Source: a virus
Direction: 5' to 3' (one strand)
Length of the DNA stretch: 64,000 bases
Virus record (IMG/VR): IMGVR_UViG_3300012920_000025
Coordinates: 1-64,000 of that record
The notes beneath the pieces were generated by a model, which was not told where the DNA came from, ran no database searches, and saw nothing but the letters and a program-made list of their open reading frames with translations. The stretch's first letter is position 1. Each line of letters starts with the position of its first letter. Position numbers and translations under genes: made by a program. This document shows, in pieces, positions 45,959-55,162 of this stretch.

Positions 45959-46718
45959 AGTGCAAACTGATATTGATCTTGTCTTACATCCCAGTATGTT
46001 ACCTATTGCAAACAACTACTATGCTGTGCAGAGAAGTATCGTGGAGTGCTCCTACATGGGGTGCAAAACTATATGGATTGTTTGTGACGACTCAATCGCA
46101 CCTTTACTCAAAGAGGCATGCGGCGATTTTGTTCTGAGTTTAACACAGCACGAGCGAGCAAAGTTTGCTAATTTTTCTAATGAGATGAAGAGGTATGTAC
46201 CAATATTTTATGTTCCAATATCATATAAACATATGAACAAGAAAGGGTTGGGCGTATCTGTCATGGAGGGTGTCTATGCGAGTTACACAGTTAGTGACAA
46301 GTTAAGTAAGTGGATTTCACCATACAGGTATTATGTCTCTATGCCATATGGAGTATACAACCCAAGAAATGTAGAACTTAGATCGCTTGTTAAAAGCAAT
46401 GACTCGGTGTTCTTAACACACAATGGAGAAAGTGCTAGAACCGGCGCACATCTTGGGTTTAGTTTTAACATTCGTCAGTTTAAGCACTGCTCCTATCTAT
46501 TTAAAAGAATGAACGTAAAGAGTCATTATAGTGTTGACAAAGTTTTCGGTGATGATATAATGATAAACAACAGTGAGACATATGAAATAGATTACTACCA
46601 CGATATTTCTACTTGGCAAGGATATCAGGACATGATGTCGGATCCAATAGCAGTCAATAGTGACTGGAGATATTGTTTTAGTAATGCTTTTAAGAAAGAT
46701 GAAAGGAAGATAGTTTGA
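45897..46718 (+). CDS. Divergent sugar-nucleotidyltransferase-fold protein
   Basis: AGIIPV...P.MLPIA....VQRSIVEC..MGCKTIWIV; C-terminal YHDISTW..Y; lacks GxGTR. Confidence 0.55.
   Translation: MTEKSEMTSSKHIAGIIPVSKVQTDIDLVLHPSMLPIANNYYAVQRSIVECSYMGCKTIWIVCDDSIAPLLKEACGDFVLSLTQHERAKFANFSNEMKRYVPIFYVPISYKHMNKKGLGVSVMEGVYASYTVSDKLSKWISPYRYYVSMPYGVYNPRNVELRSLVKSNDSVFLTHNGESARTGAHLGFSFNIRQFKHCSYLFKRMNVKSHYSVDKVFGDDIMINNSETYEIDYYHDISTWQGYQDMMSDPIAVNSDWRYCFSNAFKKDERKIV
46534..46561 (+). promoter_or_regulatory. Sigma70-type promoter embedded in CDS upstream of dnaE
   Basis: TTGACA-16-TATAAT with extended TG. Confidence 0.55.
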
Positions 46719-49700
46719 GAGAACAACCGACAATACCATTCGTGGGACTACACGCCCACTCGGTAGCAGGATCAATATTCGATGCATTGGGTTATCCCCA
46801 GCAGCATATGGATTTCGCTTTTGATAACGGCATGGATGCTTTGGCTTTGACGGACCATGGAAATGCCAATGGACTTGCATATCAAGTACTGCATGCCAAA
46901 AAGATGAAGTCAGAAGGAAAGGAGTTCAAACCAATCTTTGGTTGTGAGGCATACTTTGTGCCAAGTATCGCCAATTGGAAGATTGACTACGAAAAAGCAA
47001 GAGAGGAAGCAAAGAACAAAAAAGCACTTGAGTCTATGCAGTCAGGGGCAACAGTTGAGGCAGAGGGGGTCTCTAAAAAGAAAATGAAGTCCATCCTCAA
47101 CAGAAGAAGTCACATGATTCTTCTTGCAATGAACCAAACAGGACTGCAAAATATCTACAAGATGATTTCTAAGTCTTATACTGGAGATCATTTTTATCGC
47201 TATCCACGCATCGACTATGCACTTTTGAAAAAGCACGGTGAAGGCGTCATCGCTGCCTCTGCTTGTCTTGGCGGAGTTTATGCTGGCGACTTCTGGCAAA
47301 ACAGAGATTTTGGAGAGGATGCAGTACTGGATGCCATGAGGACAACAACTCAGAAGATGCAATCAATCTTTGGAGACCGCTGGTATGGAGAACTTCAGTG
47401 GAACAACGTACCAGAACAACACAAGTTAAACCAATTTATTATACAAATGCATTATGAGTTTGGCATTGAACTTATCTCAACAGCGGATTCGCACTACTAC
47501 TCTCCCGATGCCTGGAAAGATAGAGAACTATATAAGCGACTTGGGTTCCTTGGTCGTAAAGTGGAGTGGTTATCTGACGAGTTACCCATAGATGTTGATG
47601 ATATTGGTTATGAACTTTACCCAAAGAATGGCGACCAGATGTGGGAGAGTTACAAGAAGTATTCCAAAGAGTGCAATGTGGAGTATGATGACGATGTTGT
47701 TCTTAACTCTATTAAGCGCACGTATGATATCGCGCACAATAGGATTGAATCTTTCTTGCCAGACAATGAAGTGCGACTACCAGACTTCGTGGTACCCGAT
47801 GGATCAACTGCCGGAGAAACTTTGATTGCCCTGTCTGTCGCGGGTGCAAGAAATCTTGGTTTTGCAGATAATCCTGAATATGTTGATAGACTAAAGTACG
47901 AAGTAAAGATTATTGAAGACAGAGGTTTCAGTAAGTACTTCTTAACAATGAAAAAGATTGCAGACGAGGCGACGAAGATGCAACTTGCAGGCGCAGGACG
48001 CGGTTCTGCTGCGGGTTCTCTAGTTGCCTATGCCTTGGGTATCACCCAAATAGATCCCATCCGTTACGGACTTCAATTTGAGCGTTTTTTGACAAAAGGT
48101 GGTTCTGGTTATCCTGATATTGATTACGATGTTTCTGACCCGATGGTTTTGAAAGAGCACTTAATAAATGAGTGGGGTGATAATGTGGTGGTCCCTATCA
48201 CAAACTGGAATACATTACAGTTAAGGTCTTTGGTCAAAGATATATCAAAGTTTTATGGTATTGAGTTCTCTGAGGTCAATGCTGTAACGAACAAAATGGT
48301 GTACGAGGCAACTCCACTTGCGAAGAAGGAACACGGCATCACAGCGGGTGTCTACAACCCTACTTTCGAAGAGTTGATGAAGTATTCGGACTCGTTGCAA
48401 AAGTTCTTGCAGAAATATCCAGAAGTTAAGACTCACGTTGACGCACTTTACGGACAGACTCGTTCAGCATCCCGCCACGCTGGTGGAGTGGTGGTGGGCG
48501 AGAATCTAAACCAGTGGATGCCCTTGATTAACTCGGGTGGAGTTAGGCAAACCCCATGGTCGGAGGGTCAGAACGTTCGCCACCTTGAACCAATGGGTTT
48601 TATTAAGTTTGATATTTTAGGATTGGCATCACTGCGCATGATAGAAGATGCCATCAGGCATGTACTAGTTAGGTATGAGGGTGTCGAAGATCCTACGTTT
48701 GATGATATTAAGAATTTTTATGAAGAGAGGTTGCACCCCGAAAAGATTGATCTTGATGATAGGGAGGTGTGGGAAAGTGTATTCCATGAAGGGAAGTGGG
48801 CAGGGATATTCCAGTTCACAGAGGGCGGCGCACAGTCATTCTGCAAGAATGCTAAACCAAATAATATTACAGACCTTGCTGCAATTACTTCTATATATCG
48901 CCCTGGTCCATTGTCTGCAGGCGTTGACAAGATGTATGTTGGGGCAAAAGAAAACCCAGAAGAGGTAGACTACCTCAACAGTCACGTGCGGGAAGTAACA
49001 GAGGAGACATATGGGTTCCTGATCTTTCAAGAACAGATTGCTATGCTTGCTCACAAACTCGGCAAAGATCTATCTCTTGATGAGGGTAATAAGTTGCGCA
49101 AACTCCTAACAAAGAAGGGCACTGGTTCTGCCTCGGCAGAGAAGGACAAGATTTACGATAAGTTCAGGCGTGGTTGCCTTGAGAAAGGAATGAAAGAGTA
49201 TGAAGCTAAGGAGTTATGGGGTAAGTTCGAGTACTTTTCTGGTTACGGTTTTAATAAATCTCATGCCGTTTCCTACTGTGTATTGTCTTTTCAATGCGCT
49301 TATCTTCTACATTATTATCCTGAATGCTGGTTAGCAGCGTTCTTAGATAAAGAACCGGACAAGAGGAAAGAGAGGGCGATCAACATTGCAAAGTCGTATG
49401 GATATAAGATCGAACCTTTAAATGTTAATACTTCTGGTGTGCGCTGGGAGATCAGCGAGGATGGCAAGACTTTAATCCAACCACTGTCTTCTATCAAGGG
49501 ACTGGGCGCAACCGCTATTCATCAGATAATGAGCAATAGACCTTTTAACAATATAGAGGAGTTTCTTTTCAGTGAGGACATTGTTTATTCTAAACTAAAC
49601 AAGAAGGCAATAAACGCACTTTGTTTAAGTCAGGCGCTTAACTGTCTGATGGATGATCGGTTTACAGGACTAAAGCACTTCTGGACCTCAATCGCTATCA

Positions 49701-50140
49701 AGAGACCAAGAAAGGAAAAGAATCTAATTGAAAACATAGAGTTGTATGCACCAGAGGGCGACCTTACAGAGGAAGAAAAACTTCAGCACCTCGTAAACTT
49801 AACAGGTATTTTCCCCGTGAGTATGGTTGTTAATGAGAGGTTGCAGCAGTTGTTTGATGAGCGTATGGTGCCACCTATATCTGAGTACGATGCTGAACTT
49901 GGTTACTGTTGGTTCATTCCAAGACAAGTCATCGAAAAGAAAACAAGAAACGGAAAGGATTTTTATCTTGTCAAAGTTATTGACTCGAACTCAGAAGAGA
50001 ACACTATCAAATGCTGGGGCGTCGACCCCAAGAAAGATAAAGTATATGTCAACAGACCTTATATGGCAAGACTCAACTGGGACCCACAGTGGGGATTTAG
50101 CACTAGGTCAGTTAGGAAGATGTTCAAGATGTTAGCATAG
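46715..50140 (+). CDS. dnaE: DNA polymerase III alpha subunit (family C)
   Basis: LHAHS, ALTDHG, GRGSAAGSLVAY, FERFL, PDIDYD, HAGG, KFDILGL, YGFNKSHA. Confidence 0.97.
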   Translation: MREQPTIPFVGLHAHSVAGSIFDALGYPQQHMDFAFDNGMDALALTDHGNANGLAYQVLHAKKMKSEGKEFKPIFGCEAYFVPSIANWKIDYEKAREEAKNKKALESMQSGATVEAEGVSKKKMKSILNRRSHMILLAMNQTGLQNIYKMISKSYTGDHFYRYPRIDYALLKKHGEGVIAASACLGGVYAGDFWQNRDFGEDAVLDAMRTTTQKMQSIFGDRWYGELQWNNVPEQHKLNQFIIQMHYEFGIELISTADSHYYSPDAWKDRELYKRLGFLGRKVEWLSDELPIDVDDIGYELYPKNGDQMWESYKKYSKECNVEYDDDVVLNSIKRTYDIAHNRIESFLPDNEVRLPDFVVPDGSTAGETLIALSVAGARNLGFADNPEYVDRLKYEVKIIEDRGFSKYFLTMKKIADEATKMQLAGAGRGSAAGSLVAYALGITQIDPIRYGLQFERFLTKGGSGYPDIDYDVSDPMVLKEHLINEWGDNVVVPITNWNTLQLRSLVKDISKFYGIEFSEVNAVTNKMVYEATPLAKKEHGITAGVYNPTFEELMKYSDSLQKFLQKYPEVKTHVDALYGQTRSASRHAGGVVVGENLNQWMPLINSGGVRQTPWSEGQNVRHLEPMGFIKFDILGLASLRMIEDAIRHVLVRYEGVEDPTFDDIKNFYEERLHPEKIDLDDREVWESVFHEGKWAGIFQFTEGGAQSFCKNAKPNNITDLAAITSIYRPGPLSAGVDKMYVGAKENPEEVDYLNSHVREVTEETYGFLIFQEQIAMLAHKLGKDLSLDEGNKLRKLLTKKGTGSASAEKDKIYDKFRRGCLEKGMKEYEAKELWGKFEYFSGYGFNKSHAVSYCVLSFQCAYLLHYYPECWLAAFLDKEPDKRKERAINIAKSYGYKIEPLNVNTSGVRWEISEDGKTLIQPLSSIKGLGATAIHQIMSNRPFNNIEEFLFSEDIVYSKLNKKAINALCLSQALNCLMDDRFTGLKHFWTSIAIKRPRKEKNLIENIELYAPEGDLTEEEKLQHLVNLTGIFPVSMVVNERLQQLFDERMVPPISEYDAELGYCWFIPRQVIEKKTRNGKDFYLVKVIDSNSEENTIKCWGVDPKKDKVYVNRPYMARLNWDPQWGFSTRSVRKMFKMLA

Positions 50141-50148
50141 GAGGAATA

Positions 50149-50532
50149 ATGGTAGAAAAAAATAGAACTATATTTTGTGACATAGACGGTACGATATTTA
50201 AGTATCGCAAGTTTGAGACACTAAAAACGACAAAACCTGAGTTTACCCCAGGTGCGCTAGGTAAGTTAAAAAAGTGGAAAAGAGAGAAGTGTATGATTGT
50301 CTTTACTACTGCACGACCAGAAGAATTGAGAGACCACACTGTAAAGGAACTCTTGACTATGGGCGTGCCTTGGGATAAACTGGTCATGGGTATTGAGCGA
50401 GGACCAAGGTACTTGATTAATGACATGGACCCAGAGAAACCAGGTATAAGAGCAATAGCATATAGCATCGAGAGAGATAAGGGATTAAAACGAGTTGTTG
50501 TAGGAGCAACGGAGGAGATTACAAAGAGATGA
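50149..50532 (+). CDS. HAD-superfamily phosphatase-like protein
   Basis: IFCDIDGT, FTTAR, YLIND. Confidence 0.75.
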   Translation: MVEKNRTIFCDIDGTIFKYRKFETLKTTKPEFTPGALGKLKKWKREKCMIVFTTARPEELRDHTVKELLTMGVPWDKLVMGIERGPRYLINDMDPEKPGIRAIAYSIERDKGLKRVVVGATEEITKR

Positions 50533-50978
50533 CAGTAAATATTTATAGAGTAAGACCGGACGTGAAGTTGCCGGTCAGAGCGCACAATACAGATGCTGGG
50601 TTAGACTTGTTCTTCTGCCCAGTGGAGGGTGCAGCGGTTAGGATTAATCCAGGACAAAGCGTCTTGCTGGATACTGGTATTAAGATGGAAGTGCCATCAA
50701 ACTGCATGCTTCAGATTATGAATAAGTCAGGGATCGCAAGCAAGAACCATTTGATTACCGGTGCTTGTGTTGTGGATGAGGGATACACGGGTGAAATATT
50801 CGTGAATCTCCATAACATAGGTAAAGACGTTGAATTTATCGAACCTGGTCAAAAAATCGCCCAGGCAATTTTTGTGAGAATTGAAAAACCTGCTTTGCTT
50901 GAGATTTGGGAAGATAACATCTATGGCAGCGAGACCTCTCGTGGCGGCGGTGGACTTGGATCTACAGGTTTGGAATGA
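50529..50978 (+). CDS. dut: dUTPase
   Basis: AGLDL, KSG, VVDEGYTGEI, GQKIAQ, RGGGGLGSTG. Confidence 0.95.
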   Translation: MTVNIYRVRPDVKLPVRAHNTDAGLDLFFCPVEGAAVRINPGQSVLLDTGIKMEVPSNCMLQIMNKSGIASKNHLITGACVVDEGYTGEIFVNLHNIGKDVEFIEPGQKIAQAIFVRIEKPALLEIWEDNIYGSETSRGGGGLGSTGLE

Positions 50979-51247
50979 ACGCCAAGAGAAAACTAAAAAG
51001 GACAAAGCAAAAGCAAGCAAAGAAAGATGTTGAAGTTACGTTAGGTCTTTTTGATAAATTGCCAGACCATTGCTTGACTTGCTTTGCGCCTTATGATAGA
51101 CTAAATAAAGAACAAGTGAAAACATGGAATGTTGTGGTCAGAGAGAAAGAAGGTAAAGTAAACCTTTATTGTCCAGATTGCTGGAATAAGGCAACAAATC
51201 TCATAAAGGAAATACAAAAGGAAACAAATGAAAAGGCAAACACATAG
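50975..51247 (+). CDS. Small Zn-finger protein
   Basis: CLTC...CPDC. Confidence 0.65.
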   Translation: MNAKRKLKRTKQKQAKKDVEVTLGLFDKLPDHCLTCFAPYDRLNKEQVKTWNVVVREKEGKVNLYCPDCWNKATNLIKEIQKETNEKANT

Positions 51248-52226
51248 TTTTGATGATGTGTTACTGATACCCCAATACAGTGACATAGAATCTAGATCGG
51301 AGATAGACTTATCGAGACAATTGGGAAGGAGGATACTTAGTATACCCATTATTACCAGTCCGATGGATACGGTCACTGAATCCGCAATGGCTGCTGCCTT
51401 CGGTGAGATGGGAGGATTAGCTATAACACACAGGTATTGTGACATGGTAGAGCAATCTAAGATGACTCCTTTTAGTGCGGCCGCTGCTATTGGCGTCACA
51501 GGTGACTTTATGAAAAGGATTGAATTCCTTATGGCAGATTCTAGGATTGATACGTTTTGCCTGGATGTAGCACACGGACACCACATATTGGTTGAAAGAG
51601 CATTGAAATCTATAAGAGATAAGTGGGGTAATGATGTCAACATTATTGCTGGTAATGTTGCAACACCAAAGGCATACGTAGATCTGTCTGATTGGGGCGC
51701 TGATGCTGTTCGTGTAGGTATAGGTGGTGGATCTATTTGCTCTACGAGGATCCAGACGGGTCATGGCGTCCCGACTTTTGAGTCCGTTTTAACCTGTAGT
51801 TACGAGGACGGTGCTACCATCATCGCCGACGGTGGCATTAAAACAGCGGGAGATATTGTTAAAGCGCTTGCCGCTGGCGCAGATTTTGTCATGCTCGGTT
51901 CGATGCTTGCAGGCACAGATGAAAGTCCGGGTGATGTATTCGTCAGCAATAATGGCAAGTCTTTTAAGGTCTATCGAGGTATGGCATCTAAAGAAGCGCA
52001 AAGAGACTGGAGGGGTGAGGCGCGCTCACTGGAGGGCATTTCGACCACCATATCAGCAAAGGGTTCGGTTGTTGATGTGGTGGCGGACTTACTTCAAAAC
52101 ATAAGATCAGGACTGTCTTACTCTGGTGCTAGAAACATAACCCAGTTGCAGGCAAAGGCAGAGTTTATTGTTCAGTCTGCTGCTTCTCAGGTAGAAAGCA
52201 GTACTCATATTTTGAGGACTAAATGA
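51228..52226 (+). CDS. guaB: IMP dehydrogenase / GMP reductase family (no CBS domains)
   Basis: [44 protein letters not shown]. Confidence 0.9.
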   Translation: MKRQTHSFDDVLLIPQYSDIESRSEIDLSRQLGRRILSIPIITSPMDTVTESAMAAAFGEMGGLAITHRYCDMVEQSKMTPFSAAAAIGVTGDFMKRIEFLMADSRIDTFCLDVAHGHHILVERALKSIRDKWGNDVNIIAGNVATPKAYVDLSDWGADAVRVGIGGGSICSTRIQTGHGVPTFESVLTCSYEDGATIIADGGIKTAGDIVKALAAGADFVMLGSMLAGTDESPGDVFVSNNGKSFKVYRGMASKEAQRDWRGEARSLEGISTTISAKGSVVDVVADLLQNIRSGLSYSGARNITQLQAKAEFIVQSAASQVESSTHILRTK

Positions 52227-52558
52227 GTTACTATAGATATGGAAAAGAAGAGAAAAAGATAACGTTCGCTGATACAGATAAGCGCCATGCAGAATTAAGA
52301 TTAAAACTTCGAAGAGATGGAATAAGTCAGGTTGACTTTTTTAAGTCAATGGTGACTGGATATATTGATAACGATCCAAATATATTGATGTATATTACAA
52401 AAGTAAAACAGGAGAAACAGAAAGTTGGAAAAAAGAAAATTGCTAGACAAAATGAAGACATCAAACAAGGAAATCAGACCCTTCAAGATCTTGGGATCAC
52501 CGAGAGGGATATTGACTTTGTCTTTGATCTGATTGAGAATGGAGATGAAGATATTTAA
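52223..52558 (+). CDS. Hypothetical protein (possible ribbon-helix-helix DNA binder)
   Basis: KKITF.DT...HAELR.KL...GISQ..FF pattern. Confidence 0.55.
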   Translation: MSYYRYGKEEKKITFADTDKRHAELRLKLRRDGISQVDFFKSMVTGYIDNDPNILMYITKVKQEKQKVGKKKIARQNEDIKQGNQTLQDLGITERDIDFVFDLIENGDEDI

Positions 52559-52842
52559 TGAGTACATTACCAGAGTGTGCTGAGAAGTGCAAACAGGAAA
52601 CAAAGTCGTGTTCGAACAAGGAGTGCAGAATGTGGATCGACTACGAAAAAGAAAAGAACTGCTGTCTTATTTCGATACAGGAAAAGCAAATAAAGTCTGC
52701 AGGCAAATCCCTAACTTTACATGAGGTAGGGGAAAGACTTGGCATCAATTATTTGAAAGTCAGGCAGATTGAGATGGCAGCGTTGAAAAAACTGTCAAAT
52801 AAAATGGAGGTAAAAGAACTTTTTGCCGAAATTGAAGACTAA
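52558..52842 (+). CDS. Cys-rich protein with sigma-70 region 4 HTH
   Basis: LTLHEVGERLGINYLKVRQIEMAALKKL. Confidence 0.8.
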   Translation: MSTLPECAEKCKQETKSCSNKECRMWIDYEKEKNCCLISIQEKQIKSAGKSLTLHEVGERLGINYLKVRQIEMAALKKLSNKMEVKELFAEIED

Positions 52843-52919
52843 ATTAATATACTTTTAGGAAAAAATAATTCTATTTATTATTGTTAACACAAAACTACAT
52901 TTGTTATAAGGAGAATGAC

Positions 52920-53753
52920 ATGTCAAATAACAAGAAGAAAGCGCTTTTAAACGAAGCAGCAACCAGAAGATTTTGGAAGTTGGCGGGACTCAAGCCAATC
53001 CATGAAAAAGCATTTGTCTTCGAAGAGGAAGAAGAACTCGAAGAGATGCGTGCCAAGAAGGAAGACGAGAAAGATGAAGTCGACGAAGGCATGCGCGGTA
53101 AGAAAGAAGACGAAGACCTTGATGAAGGTATGCGCGGAAAGAAAGAAGACGAAGACCTCGATGAAGGTATGCGCGGAAAGAAAGAAGACAAACAAGAAGT
53201 CGACGAGGAATTTGGCGGGTTGAAGTCGAGCGGAATCAAAGGCGTTTACGATATGACTGCCAGGATGAAAGAATTAGACGACGAACCAGAGGTAGAAGTA
53301 ACTCCCTCGGGAACAAAAATAACCACTGCCAAACTACGCTCAATGGATGGCAAACCTGTGAAGAAGAAGACAAACGAGCAAGATCTTGAAGAAGAGATGG
53401 AAATCGATGAGATGGGTATGGATGCAGCAGCAGAAGACGAACCAGAGATGGACATGGGTGCTGAAGAAGGTCCAGAAGACGGTCAGGATGTAGAGGTAGA
53501 TGTACCAGAGGGCGATGTTGCTTCTCTTAGAACTGCTCGTGATATCCTTGATCAGATTCTTTCCGCAGTTGATGGTGGCGATGCAGAACCAGAGATGGAT
53601 GCAGAAGAACCAGCAATGGATGACGAACCAGAGATGGACATGGGTGATGATGACGAACTTAACGAGGTCGATCAGGAAGAACTTGAAGAAGTCGCTGAGA
53701 GAATCGCTCAACGTGTTGCAAAGCGCATTGCAGAGTCACTCAAAAGAAAGTAA
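52920..53753 (+). CDS. Highly acidic repeat protein (prohead core/scaffold-like)
   Basis: SD AAGGAG; late motif at 52871; E/D-rich with repeated [LV]xE sites. Confidence 0.6.
   Translation: MSNNKKKALLNEAATRRFWKLAGLKPIHEKAFVFEEEEELEEMRAKKEDEKDEVDEGMRGKKEDEDLDEGMRGKKEDEDLDEGMRGKKEDKQEVDEEFGGLKSSGIKGVYDMTARMKELDDEPEVEVTPSGTKITTAKLRSMDGKPVKKKTNEQDLEEEMEIDEMGMDAAAEDEPEMDMGAEEGPEDGQDVEVDVPEGDVASLRTARDILDQILSAVDGGDAEPEMDAEEPAMDDEPEMDMGDDDELNEVDQEELEEVAERIAQRVAKRIAESLKRK
53082..53189 (+). repeat. 39-bp tandem coding repeat (~3 copies)
   Basis: DEGMRGKKEDEDL units. Confidence 0.9.
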
Positions 53754-53797
53754 TCATTTTACTTGACTCATCAGAAAGGAACTGTTAGTCTAATAGC

Positions 53798-54142
53798 ATG
53801 AAGACCGAATTTATATACGCACTCTTTTGGTTCTCAATGGGTGCGTTCCTACACCATGCAATATTTATTTTTCGCTCAATAAAAGAGAAGCAGGAGTTCT
53901 ACGCTGAATTCGCGAAGAACATGTCTGCTCTCTCTTCTATATTTTTAGGTCAACTTAAAAATGTCATAGATATCAAAAAATCTGTTATGAAAGAGATGGG
54001 GTTAGATGATGAAAAGATAGAAGAAGAGTGTCAAGTGGAGGAAGCATTTGTAAAAAATTGGAAAGTATTGTATGCTACCACCATATTAACAAACATACCG
54101 AGAGACATCGCATCAAAAATAGTAAAAAAGGAGTTACCATGA
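53798..54142 (+). CDS. Hypothetical protein with N-terminal TM helix
   Basis: FIYALFWFSMGAFLHHAIFIF; promoter TTGACT-17-TAGTCT immediately upstream. Confidence 0.65.
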   Translation: MKTEFIYALFWFSMGAFLHHAIFIFRSIKEKQEFYAEFAKNMSALSSIFLGQLKNVIDIKKSVMKEMGLDDEKIEEECQVEEAFVKNWKVLYATTILTNIPRDIASKIVKKELP

Positions 54143-54438
54143 TCGACGTTGTTTGCTGGAAAGAACTAAAGAGAGAAGACAACACTATTGCCTGTAGATT
54201 ACAGGTGCACTACACCGACCAACGCAGAGTTAAAACTGTATTAAAAGAACTGCAAGAGTGGGATGAATCGGGCAGTGGTTTCAATCCCAAGAAAAAGGAG
54301 TCGCTACTTATTTTTACAAGGAACTTTCCAGATGATGGTAAGTGGAGAAGTTTTCTTAAGAGTTTCCCGTATAGAATCACAGAAAAGACAATGACAGGAA
54401 AGGAGAAAGTATACAATGCCAAAAAAGTTATCGGATAA
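54139..54438 (+). CDS. Hypothetical protein
   Basis: SD AAGGAG before ATG 54139. Confidence 0.6.
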   Translation: MIDVVCWKELKREDNTIACRLQVHYTDQRRVKTVLKELQEWDESGSGFNPKKKESLLIFTRNFPDDGKWRSFLKSFPYRITEKTMTGKEKVYNAKKVIG

Positions 54439-55162
54439 GGATTTAAAGAACTTTGAAGACTTCGTGATTGTAAATGAAACCACCAAGAAGAAAAAGAAAG
54501 AAAAGAAAAAAGAAGAGCAAATATTAGAAGAGTTTGTTGATGAATCTACCGGGAAGGAAGGCAAGCAACCAATCTATATCATCAACAATATCGCTGGTAA
54601 GGACGATAAGGATGACATCAGGGCAATCAATTGTTATGGCGACATAACAGAAAGAATGGGTTCCGAGGTTGTTCAGGCAATGCTGTACTTCAATCACTCA
54701 AGACTTGATATTATTGAAGATGCAGAAGGCAATACACACGAGGTGGTAAGACCATTTAGGATGTACATCTCCACTCATGGTGGCATAGTCTCTGATATGT
54801 TCTCCATTCTTGATGTTATGGACATGATTAAAGAAGACTGTGTTATTGAGACAGTCGGTCTTGGCAAGGTAATGTCAGCGGGTGTTCTAATGCTTGCGAA
54901 CGGGACTAAGGGCAGAAGAAAGATTGGAAAGAACTGCAGGGTGATGCTTCACAGTGTCATCAGTGGACACCATGGTTCTTTCCCTAACGTAGAGAATCAA
55001 ATGCGTGAAACAAAGGCATTGCAAGATATGTATTTTGACTACCTCTGCTCATGCACCAAGTTGACTAGGAAGAAGATTAAAAAGTTACTTTTAAACAACG
55101 TTGATGTCTATTTATCTGCAGAGGAAGCAATCGAATATGGCATTGCTGATGAGTTTCTATGA
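54416..55162 (+). CDS. clpP: ClpP-family protease
   Basis: YISTHGG, GKVMSAG, RVMLH, DVYLSAEEAIEYGIAD (Ser-His-Asp triad present). Confidence 0.9.
   Translation: MPKKLSDKDLKNFEDFVIVNETTKKKKKEKKKEEQILEEFVDESTGKEGKQPIYIINNIAGKDDKDDIRAINCYGDITERMGSEVVQAMLYFNHSRLDIIEDAEGNTHEVVRPFRMYISTHGGIVSDMFSILDVMDMIKEDCVIETVGLGKVMSAGVLMLANGTKGRRKIGKNCRVMLHSVISGHHGSFPNVENQMRETKALQDMYFDYLCSCTKLTRKKIKKLLLNNVDVYLSAEEAIEYGIADEFL

Noticed and set aside
37914-50140. Inteins or introns in dnaB, nrdJ, dnaE
   Set aside because: Lengths are normal, motifs are contiguous, and no intein splice or homing endonuclease motifs were seen
13184-53189. Tandem repeats as CRISPR arrays or DGR template/variable repeats
   Set aside because: They are in-frame coding repeats with synonymous divergence and no spacers; there is no adenine-specific variation and no reverse transcriptase or cas gene
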